In this document: piece by piece, positions 1 to 10,899 of the stretch | How positions within the stretch are numbered: position 1 is the stretch's first letter | How the letters are laid out: every line of letters begins with the position of its first letter | From: Podarcis pityusensis | Lineage: Eukaryota | Direction: 5' to 3' (one strand) | Assembly: GCA_964106645.2 (NCBI GenBank) | Contig: OZ067043.1 | DNA: 64,000 nucleotides | Program-made: the position numbers and the translations under genes | The notes under the pieces: generated by a model | Database searches by the model: none | What the model saw: the letters and a program-made list of their open reading frames with translations, nothing else | What the model was told of the DNA's origin: nothing

Positions 1-107
1 AACTGTAAACTCATATTCACACTGAATGTCAAGTTATAGTGGTGACCTATTAGCTTTGAATAAGTGTGCTGCCTACTGAAACTTTTTTGCAATTCTACTT
101 TTCTCAG

Positions 108-192
108 ACCATCTTGCAATGGGAGCATGCAGTGCAAGAAGCAATTAAACCACAAGAAAGCCTGAAATCTCGAACTGCAGCTCAGCTTTTCT
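108..192 (+). CDS. LRRC42: LRRC42 penultimate coding exon (TILQWEHAVQEAIKPQESLKSRTAAQLF)
   Basis: ttctcag acceptor and gtaag donor; 85 nt, phase 0 to 1; peptide resembles recalled mammalian LRRC42 (IVLQWE...AAQRFY); synteny with LDLRAD1/TMEM59. Confidence 0.9.
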
Positions 193-773
193 GTAAGCAA
201 CTTGCATGAAGATACAAATTTCTAAACTTGGGATTAGAACTAGAGTGCATTTTTGTAAACTGAGCTAAAGATGATTGAAGCACCGCTGGAAAACAGCGAA
301 TGCCAGTGGAGCTTTCCACAGAGTCACCCCTCATAGTAGCTCCAAGAACTGAAGAGGCAAGCTAGTTTTGAAACATGAGCAGTGGCTTGTTTCTTTGACC
401 GTAGGCGCTTATAGCTGCAGACAAAGAAAGTAGCATTATCGCTATGCTTCTCTGTGGTCAGAGCAAAGCGCTTAGACCTTAGCAATTAATTAGAAATAGG
501 TTAGGAGAGAATTAAAAAGACAGCTGGAAATATCATTCAATTTGTAACATGTAATACTAGATCATTTAAGTATAAAGGCCTAGATTTTGTCATGCTAGTA
601 ACATGCAGCTACATTCAGAATTCCGTGTAACATTGCTTCTGCAAATGTGTTCTTTTGCATAGAAGCTGCAGGTAACCTCCACCAACACCACATTTATGTT
701 CTATTTTAAAATGATAGGATAGGTCACAATGGCAATTCTTGAGAAGCTTTGAACCCTTAAAATATTTTGACTA

Positions 774-956
774 CAGTCATACCTTGGTTTTCGAACAGCT
801 TAGTTCTCAAACATTTTGGCTCCTGAAAGCCGCAAACCCAGAAGGGACTGTTCCAGTTTACAAACTATTTTTGGAAGTAGCGCTTTGGTTTCTGAATGTT
901 TTGGAAGTCGAATGGACTTCCAGAACGGATTCCGTTCGACTTCCAAGGTACGACTG
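774..956. mobile_element. Tc1/mariner (Tigger-like) non-autonomous MITE in LRRC42 intron
   Basis: TIRs CAGTCATACCTTGG / CCAAGGTACGACTG (1 mismatch), TA on both sides. Confidence 0.85.
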
Positions 957-1075
957 TATTTGGAAACTGCCTCTAGGTTAACTCTTCTGTTAGTGCAACT
1001 GACCCAAACTGAACAGTGCAAAATTAAGCTATATTCAAAATTATGTGAAGTTACTTCACAAAATTTGTCTTGCAG

Positions 1076-1302
1076 ATGGAAAAAGAGCCAGGACAGAAGA
1101 ACCTCTTGAATTAGAGCCTTCTGAGAACCTGCAGTTCTACAGGCCAAGAGCAGAAATGTTAAATTTACCTGTACTAATAGGGAAGAGTGAAGAATTACAG
1201 AAGAAGAAAAAGAGAGCTTCAGCTGAGCACAAAGAACAGCGTTTTAAATCAAAGCAGCTGAGCTTTTCAGTGGCAGACTGGGACTTACTAAATTCTTACT
1301 GA
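1076..1302 (+). CDS. LRRC42: LRRC42 terminal coding exon (YGKRARTEE...SVADWDLLNSY*)
   Basis: ttgcag acceptor; phase joins the previous exon (T+AT=Tyr); C-terminal DWDLLNSY matches recalled LRRC42; AATAAA at 1319, 1725 and 1753. Confidence 0.92.
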
Positions 1303-2695
1303 GTATGAGTTGCATGCAAATAAACACTTTTAAAAGAAAAAAAATGGCACAGCTGAATTTTCTGCTTTCCATCAAAACAGACAGTGGCCTCAAAAAAAAA
1401 GCAGTGACTTTTCCGTTTCTGAATTAATCAGAGAAAACAACTGATGACCTTTCAACTAATGCCTAATGTGGGATAGATTAAATTTTGGTGAGCACCCTCC
1501 AATGTTTCATTTTCAAAGGGCTCATTTACAAAAGGACAACACATATTTAGCTATAAACCCTAAGGTTTGAGAAACTGCTTAGATATGAGCCTCTTAGTGG
1601 TGACTGATCTTGAGTGACTTTTTCTCTTACAAGCAAGTCATTGCTATGTGTTTGTCCTTGTATTTTGTGTGCCGTAGTCAAAGGAACAGTATAAGACTTA
1701 ACCACAGATAATAGGATTTAACAAAATAAACATAGGAGTCGAGGAATTAAACAATAAAAGCCAGTAGTATAAATACATCCACAATATGTTTTAAATATTT
1801 TATCCTTTTTGAAGTGGAATATCTGTTTGAATTGATTTTGATTGTTCAGAGCACACCCAAACCACTGTTGACTCTTGTACATTATAAACAAACTGGGTAT
1901 TAGTTGTCATGCTTAAACATGTTTCAGTGGTTTCAACTCGTGAACACCAAAGGTACACAAAACGCTACACATTTTCCGGCATAAAGTATTTCAAAATAGG
2001 GTAATACCATGCCGCTTGACTAATCATAGGTTACATCTGATTTACAAAGTGGGTGCTCCCCCCCCCAAGCTGTAGGCCTCAGTTGCCATAGCCTATGTTC
2101 ATCTAGGTGTGCTGTAGCCTTTTGGTTGGACCAGCAGGATCTCTGGATGTCCATTTCATAGGCACACATAGGTATAGGAGTCAGACAATGAGCCTACAGC
2201 ATGCTAATTTGGAGTGGGTGAAAGGGAAGAAATGAACAGGGTAGTCAGCGGTGTGTGAGGGAAAGTTGAGAAAATACAGAAACAAGGCAAAAGGGACTGA
2301 ACAAGAGAAGCAATTTCCAAGGAAGGGTTAGATAGCCCTGCTTGCCAGCTGATTCTGCCAAACTCTGCATCAATCTGCCATCATTTTGTGGCTGGCTCTG
2401 CCCCTGTATTGTGAGTAGTGGGCCTCAGCAATTTTCAGCCCTTAGGTGGGCCCTGCTAAAGAGGAAGTTTGAGAAGCCCTGACTTGGGGACCTAATCATG
2501 TTAAAGAAATTACCACAGTTATATCCAGACTTTCCCCCTGCAATCCCAGGCTGATATCTTATTTTATCAACCCTGTGAAGTAGGTTAACCTGTAAGTAGT
2601 TAGCTCAAGATCAGCCACAGTGGGGATTTGAGCCTGACTTGTTTCTGTTGCCTTGTAGATCTGAAGGAAATAAATTTGGAATACTATACTATATA

Positions 2696-3044
2696 GGGAC
2701 GCGGGTGGCGCTGTGGGTTAAACCACAGAGCCTAAGACTTGCCGATCAGAAGGTCAGCAGTTCGAATCCCCGCGATGGGGTGAGCTCCCGTTGCTCGGTC
2801 CCTGCTCCTGCCAACCTAGCAGTTTGAAAGCATGTCAAAGTGCAAGTAGATAAATAGGTACCGTTCCGGCGGAAGGTAAACGGCGTTTCCATGCGCTGCT
2901 CTGGTTCGCCAGAAGCGGCTTAGTCATGCTGGCCACATGACCCGGAAGTTGTACGCCAGCTCCCTCGGCCAATAAAGTGAGATGAGCGCTGCAACCCCAG
3001 AGTCGGTCACGACTGGACCTAATGGTCAGGGGTCCCTTTACCTT
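2696..3044 (+). mobile_element. Sauria SINE (Squam1-type), full length
   Basis: tRNA-like head GGGACGCGGGTGGCGCTGTGG with B-box GTTCGAATCC, (ACCTTT)n tail, TSD TACTATACTATATA at 2682-2695 and 3045-3058. Confidence 0.92.
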
Positions 3045-4555
3045 TACTATACTATATAGTCCCTAGATGAATTAAATGAGACCTAACACGTGGTACTTTT
3101 GTATCCTACTGTGTTGTTACATGGTACTGTTCCACTTCATTGCTGTGGATTTGTGTGTGTGTGTGTGTTGTTTCCTTTCAAGCTGAGACTGAGTTTTCAA
3201 ATTTTGCCGAGGAACACATGCTAGCACAGTATAATAAAACATACTAAAATCAAGTTTTATTTACTCAAGCAGTAACATATTTAATACAATATGTAAATTA
3301 AAGTGACTGTCAAATGAAAAACAGATAAGCATGACTCCTAACCCCATTCATCTGCCATTAGTGTTTAAACACTCTCAGCATTTAATGATGTGCTGTGAAG
3401 CGAATAAGATTTAGTTGGGCAACTAACAACTTGTAAATGTTTGTTTATTGCACCATCTATATTGCATGACTTGTCACAATAGGAAATAAGAGTCATTCGT
3501 TTTAGTCTGATGGTATATGTTGGTAGAAATCTGATTATCAGATACGAATATTGACGTAAAGGTCTGTTTGTAGTACCCGTTCCATTATATAAGACGATAT
3601 CTACTTCTACATAAGTATATGAAAGTCTCACAAACCTCTTCCTCAGAAGACTATTCTGAGGCCACTTTATCCTAGTTACAACTGACAGCTAATGCTCTCA
3701 CTTTTAAGGGTTCATTCCACTCTAATAGCTGCAGGTCACACCAGGCATGTTAGAGGTATAAAAGGGTGAGGGCTTTGAGATACAATAAAATTGTAGACCC
3801 AAGTGCAATGTATCAAATACACCAGCATGGTTTGAAATCAATGATCTTTTACTCATCAAACACCCAAATGCCCATAGCTTACTAAGGGAAAATAACAGAG
3901 AAAAGGAGAGGGGGGAAATAGAGAGTTCACATGGCAAGTAATCACTGACCTCTTAAATGTCATCTAGGAATAAGATACCAATTAGTTTCCATCACTGTAA
4001 GTGCTTGTGCAATAGCTGCCATTGATCAGTCTGCAATTGTGAAAAGGATTCCGCCTGAGTTCTACACACATATAAAAATCGTTCTGGAAACCCTTTTTTT
4101 TAAAAAAAAATATTAAAAAAAATACATTGAATTTTCCATAAGGCTCACCATTGCTATCTAGTGTCACATTGTATATTGCACTTAAAACACACTTAAAACA
4201 TTTTATTTGCAGCTGTACAGCTGAGTCCCTGGTCCTTTACTCTGTTACAAAGCAAGATTTCACAGCTTCCAGTACGTGTGGAAGTCTGAGCCAGATTTTT
4301 TGGTAGCAGGCGTTCTTTTCCTCCTTTCGCTTTTTGTAGCAGTGGGTTTTGAGGAAGCCAAGGGTGTTATACACACATGCAGACACACTTTACTGAGCTC
4401 AAAAGGTGAAAGATCACTGGTCTGGGAGCAGCACATCTAACACTACACAATGCATCCGTTGCAAGCCCCTCTGAGAAATATGTATGGCAATTCCCCAACA
4501 GCAGTATTTGATGGATAGCTCCCATTATTTTCTGAAGGTTACAGTCCTGGAGTGC

Positions 4556-4704
4556 TCATCTTGTGCAGATGTATTCATCGGACCAGTCACTGCAGTGCTG
4601 TATTCCATCTCGGCAAAGACGTCTGGGAATGCAGCTACAGTACATATGGAAGACAACCATGGTGCATCCCCACCATTGAGGCCCACAAGGAGGGCAACTG
4701 GCCC
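4556..4704 (-). CDS. LDLRAD1: LDLRAD1 exon 6 (terminal, LDLa-like module 3)
   Basis: WASCPPCGPQWWGC...CIPRRLCRDGIQHCSDWSDEYICTR*; minus-strand AATAAA at 4202-4207. Confidence 0.92.
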
Positions 4705-6583
4705 CTGGAATAAAAAAGAAGCATAACAGATGTACTCAGCAGAGATGGGGACCAGATGCTGGGCTCCAGCTCCCATCAGCCCCAGCCAGCATGGCCACTG
4801 GTCAGGGATATTGGGAACTAGTGCAAAATCCCATGTCCCTAAACTAGAGGATGACACTATGCAAAAGAGGATATCCTGGTAGACGAAAAGGGGCTGTACC
4901 AACCTGAAGGACTTACAGTCCAGCATATTTCACACAAAGTGGTACAGCGTTGGGGAGCTGAGGGGGGTCATGGCCCTGGGCACAGAATTCTGAGGGGGTG
5001 CAACCTAGCATGCCCATGACAGGCTCCCGTGCCAAGGCTGCATGGCTACTGCCTTACGGAGTTGTGGGGAAGCGAGCTGTGCCCAGGCCAGGCCTTCAGG
5101 GCTGTGGCACCACCTCCTCCTCCTCCTAATTTATTACTTAGACACCTCCCATCTGGCTGGGCCTCCCCAGCCACTCTGGGCGGCTTCCAGCAGGGTATTA
5201 AAAACAATAAAACATGGCCAGTGAAGAGACATCTGCCCCAGGGCGGAAATCCCACCAACCCTGGACTTTTCCCAGCCAGCACCGGTCCTTCCCTTAGGCC
5301 TTCCTCCCATGTGTCCTTGGGCAAGGGGCGCAGAGAGGAGTGCAGCCAACTCACCTCTGGCGCTGCAGGGATGCCACCAAACCCACCAAGGAGCACAAGC
5401 CACCACTCACGCAGGGAGTTTGACAAGCTGAGAGGGCAAATGCGGCAACCCGCAGGTAACCTCCATGAGGAGCCGTTGCAGCAGAGGCACAGTGAAGTGT
5501 GCCTGCTGTGTTGCCTCACGTGCAACACCCACAAGGAGGTTATGGGGTGCAATCCTTGCCTTGCCTGGGCACTGCTCCCATTTATCCATTAACTACAAGC
5601 AGAACTTTGTAAGAAAAGACTTACAAGCTCCTACTTCATCAGAACAGTCACCGCAGTCATTGATTCCATTACATCTTTTGTCTGCATAGACCCAAACCTT
5701 GCGGTTGCTGCAATAAAATATCAAGTATCCTGGAAGGTTGTTGGGCAAATCATCTACAAAAAAAAGAGAAAGAAGCAGAAGCAGTGAGGGGAGAAAATGC
5801 TGTACTGCGCAAAATATATACTGGGTAAAAACAGCAGTGGCTTAAAATGTGGTAATTAGTAATAAATAACAATACAACTAAGGCAATCTTGATACTCTCA
5901 CTGAACTCAATGGGGCTTACTCCTGAACAGACAAGTACAAGTTTGCATTGTAAGCTGCATAGATCCTCAAAGTAAAACAGCATACATGGGGGGTGTTGAA
6001 GTTCATTCCAGAAACATTGTCTGTGAAGAGAACATCCCTCTCCTTACTTTGCAGGTGGAAAATGAAAGTCATTCAGAAGTTCAATTACTAAGGCAATATT
6101 CACACTATTTCTGTTGAAGCAACTACATTTATTTAGTTACCATCTCTTTCTTTAAAAGGGCTTTTAAAAACAATAATAAAGGATGTTGTTAAAGGCTTTG
6201 CTTAGATATACAGACTACCAAATAGCAGCTGGAGGCAGAGGAGAGGACAGAGGATGAAGAAGGAGAAGTGTGTGCGGGGGGGGGGCTTTTCACATCCACA
6301 GGACCCCCTGGGAAACTCAACAAACTGCTGTACCTGCAACCGAGTTTGGAGAGTGCAGTTGAATGGGACACAGCTGTGGGCAGCCTGAGGAAGTACAATC
6401 CACCTTAGGTCTGCCCCTCCAAAACAAAACAAAAGCAAGTCTAAAGAGACTAGGGTGATGTCTGGTGTTTCTGGAACTCTTATTGTTTTGAGACTTTTCA
6501 GCTTGAGCTGAAAGTTTGTTTGGACCCTGGGTGATAACTCAGAGGCTGAGAGGAAGGGTGTGTCAGAAGGAAAATTAATTGAG

Positions 6584-6624
<41 letters not shown>

Positions 6625-9600
6625 CAACTTTGTGTTAATGTAACTTTTTATATGTAACTTGTTTAAGTTATCCATTGCTGCTTCAGGTATTTTTTACACT
6701 GCTGAGAGATATTTTGAGGACACTTCAGTGCTGCTAACACAGTGGTTTGACTTAACCCCCAGAGGCGCACTCCAGTGTCTCTCAAGACAGACGGATGCCA
6801 GCAACAACAACATAGTAATTAAATAATCAAAATAAAATCTCATTTTGAGGATTTATTAAAGTAGAAACTGAAATAGTCTTCTTCCAAGTGATGCCTGGGC
6901 TGCAGGTATATTGTTATTGATATGTGAGAACTCCTGGCAGAGTTCACGACTTGACTTCAACCTACAACTTCAATTCAGGCTACATCAGTCCACTTGAAGA
7001 GGTCCTGAATCCTGATGCTGCTGTTCTGTTCTCTTGTCTATTCACACATGGAAATAATCACTAGATTGCAGAACATGTATGTGTGACCTCATCCTCAGTC
7101 TGCTTCTGTTTTCCTCACCACCTAACTTGCTATAGCTTGAAGCTTTATAAAATGGCTGAGTTACGGTGGGGAAAAGCATGAGGCATTAACTGGGCATGGT
7201 AAGAGGGGGATTTAAGCAAATATTCTTACCGCATAGTGTCCCTTGCTCATCCTCCCCATTTGCACAATTTTGTCTTGCATCACAGACCTGGCTGGCTGGA
7301 ATGCAGCTAGCTCTGTTGTCACATAAAAAGCCTGTCTGATTACCGGAGGTCACACATAAACGATTTACTGAAAAATAAAATTGAGATGAAACAATGGAGG
7401 ATACTGACAAAGAAATGATCAGACCTAATCAGACCCCAACCCCCAGTACTATAGTGACACATTCAAATAATCCAGTTTTGACCCATAGCCATGTTGGGAT
7501 GCATCACACATAAATAATGGCCATGAATGAGTTTGCAAATATATGGAAGCTTTTGCGTTGCTCATGTTGATTGCAATAGAGTTTGCATGTGAGAATTGCC
7601 GGATGGATTGTGTCTTGTGCCTTACCAGATTTCCAACAAAGCCATGACTATTTAAGGTGGTATTGTGCACATGTGGCCTTAGTCTTGCCCATTATTTCCA
7701 AAGAGTCTACTTTGAGTAGAAGAAACACTGGACACAGCCCCATTGAAAGTATTACTCCAGTTGGCAGTAGTTTGGTCACCATCATAATAACGAAAGCTAG
7801 AAATGACTGACCTGGTGTATGTGGAGGGATGCCAATTGTGACCACCAATGCAATGACAGTAGCGATGACACCAAGTATACCAAGACCAATGGCAGACACG
7901 CAGATACATTGTTGGGTGCAAGGGATGCATGTACAGCAATCCTTGCAGCAACCTTGCAGGCCCTGTATAGTACCTGTCACAGAGGGAAGACTTAAAGATC
8001 AATTCCAAATATACCCTCACACTAAATTTGTACGAAAATCCACACTGAGGACATTGGCTTCTGCTACTCCCTACTAATTAACCCATATTGAAATTATCCC
8101 ATGGGTATTTAATTCTATGTTATATAGAACATAACTGTACAAGACTTTATACCCAAAGGTTTCAACTCGTACCACACTTAACACACACACCTGTCCCATT
8201 TATGCTAAAAAAATAATGCTGGTAACATGTAGGTCATGCCCTAATATTTGCATTTCTTCACATATATAAAAATATGTTTCTTCACAATAATCAAGATGCT
8301 TCCTGTTGCCTTAAGTGCAAGCGGCTAACCTTCTGCAAAGCTCATCTTCTTGCTTCTCAAGAGCCAATGTATGTTCTAGGCAGAGGTGGAGAAAGGTGGG
8401 TGCGGTCCGCCCTGGGTGCCATCCCTGAGGGGGGTTGACATCGCTGTCCTGCCCCCGAAGCTCGCCGCAGGCTGCACCCCCCCAGGAGACTTGCGCCGCC
8501 CGGCGCACCCTCCAGGAGGCTCACAGCGGCCGGCGCACCCCCCTGGGACACATGCTCCACACCCCTGGGATGCTCGCCCCGCCTCTGTGGGCGGCTAGCC
8601 CTGCCCCCAACTGCACGCTGCTCCGGGAGCTGGAGCAGCTAGCTCCACCTCTGGTTCTAGTACTTTTTTCCCCAGTCTGAGGGTTGCATTCCCTTCTGGG
8701 CGTGGGGGTCACATGCCACTGGTGGGCAGGGCCAGAGGAAAAGGTAGGTGGAGCAACAGATACAATTCTTACCTTTGTATAGGCAGTTACTTTCTAGGTA
8801 AGCAAAGTCAGAAGTTTCACACACCCACACCTGACCATCCTCCAGGAAAGAAAGAAAGAAAGGCAAGCAAAGACACCACAGGAGAGTGCAGAGGAGGGAC
8901 AGTGTAGCCTAAGGAGAGTCTTGAGGGCCAGATCATAACTGTCAACATTTCCCTTTTTTAAAGGGAAATTCCCTTATTCCGAAAAGGATTCCTCGCAAGT
9001 AAAGGGAAAAGTTGACAGCTGTGGGCCAGACAGAGTACTGGATGGTCACATTTGGTATCTGGGCCTAAGGTTTCCTATCCCTGTTCAAAGCTAAATTACG
9101 TGGTAGCACTTTATGAACATATGAAGCTGCTGTCAGACCATTTATTTATTTGGTCCAGTGTTCTCTACTCTGACTGGCAATGGCTCACTAAAGTGTCTTC
9201 TTAATCTGAGATGTCAAAAAGATTGAATCTGGGAACAAAGCATGTGCTCTACCAGACCCTCCAAGTGTCCCTATTTTCCAGGGACGTCCCTGATTTAGAG
9301 AAGCCGTCCCGGTTTCTGATTTGATCCCCGAATGTCCCATTTTTCCTTAGGGTGTCCCTATTTTCACTGGAGAAATGTTGGAGGATATGGAGTTATCCGA
9401 CCTCCGAGCCGTCTGAAGGCAACTCTGTATAGAGAAGGGTTTTTTTCATGTTTAATGTTTTATTATGTTTTTATATGTATTGGAAGCTGCCCAGAGTGAT
9501 TGGGGCAATCTAGCAAGATGTGTGGGGTATAAATAGTAAAAATCAGCTGACTAATGTATTGTGTAATCTCACTCCCAGTGCTCATAACCTGCCTTTAGGT

Positions 9601-10711
9601 GATTAACTGCCTTCCTTTTACAAGGTACTTAAGAATTAGCTGCAACTGCCTTGAATCATTGCAATGTCTTCCCTCAAAGCTTCTGTACTAGAATCCACCT
9701 ATGGTACAAGACAGAAGTTGCATAGGCAGCAATGAAGCAAGCTAGAAAAGTTGAAATGGAGTGTGTGGGGGATGATCTCCCTCTTCCTGTCCCCCACTGC
9801 ATATTTGTTTTTAGTTTTTAGTTTCATCCATCACTCTAGTAAGAAGAAAAGAATGCAGGAAATGCTGCAACTAAAGTATTTTAATGTATTTTTAAAAATG
9901 CAATTTATTACCCACTGTTCATTATAATTTAAATCCAAACTGGGGTATAATGCCAATAAAATGTATTAAAACCATACCAACAATTAAGAAGACTCTTCAT
10001 ATTGTTATGAAGACATACCTGATGAGTTATACTTGTATGTTTTCTAGCAACAGACCACTGCCTATAGGATACTGCTTTTGAATGAACTAAAAGCATTTTT
10101 CATTTTGTAGCCAAATAATACACTACTGAAAATGAAACAACTTTCAAATACTGTAAACTATAGAAACATCAATTGTCAAGAAGTATATGAGCCAAGTAGT
10201 ATATAAGCAGAGATTTCCTCTTTTTGAAAGGACAACTTTAGTTCATAAACTAATCAGTTCCTAGCATTTTTGAACTGCTTTTTGTTAGTAAGAGTACCAG
10301 TTACCTCTGTTAGCAGTAAAGAGAGATTTTGTTGAACCAAATGAAGCTCCTTCAATATTCTGTAATTAACAGAAATAAAATAAAATTATATTGCCTTCAT
10401 TGTGAGGGAGAAGATTGTTTTTAAGGAAACACAAGGCATTACATTGTCTGTAATTATGGTGCATTCAGTATTCAGATAGAATCCCTATCTGCATACATTC
10501 AAGAACATGTAACTAACATACAGAGATTTAATTAAAACTATAATTTTTAGTTTTGATTCCAGTTTGCTACTGGTAAAATAGAGATACAGAGGTTTCCAGC
10601 GTGTCTACTTTCTAATAGTAATTAGAGCTAGCTGATCAATCGTATTAAAAGTAATAATTACACCCCCCCCAATAGAATGGATGCTATTACCTGAGGATGA
10701 ATTCTGTTCAT
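4556..10711 (-). CDS. LDLRAD1: Low-density lipoprotein receptor class A domain-containing protein 1, join(10711-10691,10359-10305,7973-7812,7367-7230,5753-5625,4704-4556), 217 aa
   Basis: Six GT-AG exons total 654 nt in frame; MNRIHPQ start, one TM segment, LDLa modules (CDARQNCANGEDE, CNGINDCGDCSDE, CRDGIQHCSDWSDE); synteny. Confidence 0.93.
5625..5753 (-). CDS. LDLRAD1: LDLRAD1 exon 5 (LDLa module 2)
   Basis: DDLPNNLPGYLIFYCSNRKVWVYADKRCNGINDCGDCSDEVGA; tttgtag/gtaag. Confidence 0.92.
6585..6622. repeat. (CA)n microsatellite
   Basis: Direct observation. Confidence 0.95.
7230..7367 (-). CDS. LDLRAD1: LDLRAD1 exon 4 (LDLa module 1)
   Basis: VNRLCVTSGNQTGFLCDNRASCIPASQVCDARQNCANGEDEQGTLC; phase 1-1. 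Confidence 0.93.
7812..7973 (-). CDS. LDLRAD1: LDLRAD1 exon 3 (Cys-rich segment plus transmembrane helix)
   Basis: GTIQGLQGCCKDCCTCIPCTQQCICVSAIGLGILGVIATVIALVVTIGIPPHTP; ag/gt boundaries, phase 1-1. Confidence 0.9.
8381..8653. mobile_element. GC-rich hAT-type MITE
   Basis: Perfect 11-bp TIR CAGAGGTGGAG/CTCCACCTCTG; 8-bp TSD GTTCTAGG/GTTCTAGT; internal repeats of GCGCACCC. Confidence 0.85.
8934..9023. mobile_element. 90-bp hAT-type MITE nested in an older hAT-like remnant (~8662-9085)
   Basis: TIR CATAACTGTCAAC/GTTGACAGCTGTG; 8-bp TSD GGCCAGAT/GGCCAGAC. Confidence 0.8.
9253..9540 (+). mobile_element. hAT-like MITE (9253-9389) followed by an L2-like 3' tail
   Basis: TIR CAGACCCTCCAA/TTGGAGGATATG with internal GTCCC repeats, then T-rich ...GCTGCCCAGAG...GGGGTATAAAT tail. 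Confidence 0.6.
10305..10359 (-). CDS. LDLRAD1: LDLRAD1 coding exon 2 (NIEGASFGSTKSLFTANR)
   Basis: ttacag acceptor, gtaac donor, 55 nt, phase 0 to 1 bridges exons 1 and 3. Confidence 0.8.
10691..10711 (-). CDS. LDLRAD1: LDLRAD1 coding exon 1 (MNRIHPQ)
   Basis: ATG...CAG|gtaat; resembles recalled human MNKVFPQ. Confidence 0.8.
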
Positions 10712-10872
10712 TTCCCCCCTGACTGCTGCAGGATTATGCTAATTAATAGGCAGAGTTGTTCTGGCAATGTTTCCATCAATGTTCACTTCAAACTGTGTTG
10801 CTTAGGTATGAAAGGAGGAACTAGCCTCTTTCAAGCTGCCTTGCTTTATTAGCTCACCAAGCCACTAAATAC

Positions 10873-10899
10873 ATTCCTGGGGTAACGTTACCAGGCTAC
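10873..10899. promoter_or_regulatory. Candidate double RFX X-box upstream of LDLRAD1
   Basis: ATTCCTGGGGTAAC abutting GTTACCAGGCTAC (core palindrome GGTAACGTTACC), ~165 bp upstream of the ATG. Confidence 0.5.

Noticed and set aside
4525-4926. 133-aa minus-strand ORF
   Set aside because: Wrong frame over LDLRAD1 exon 6; the true frame is the Cys-rich one
5029-5592. Overlapping 187-aa and 168-aa ORFs in an LDLRAD1 intron
   Set aside because: GC-rich, partly repeat-like sequence open on both strands; no recognisable protein
1929-8170. Shared 13-mer GGTTTCAACTCGT at ~1929 and ~8158
   Set aside because: Dozens of 13-mer matches are expected by chance in 64 kb; no array or further copies seen
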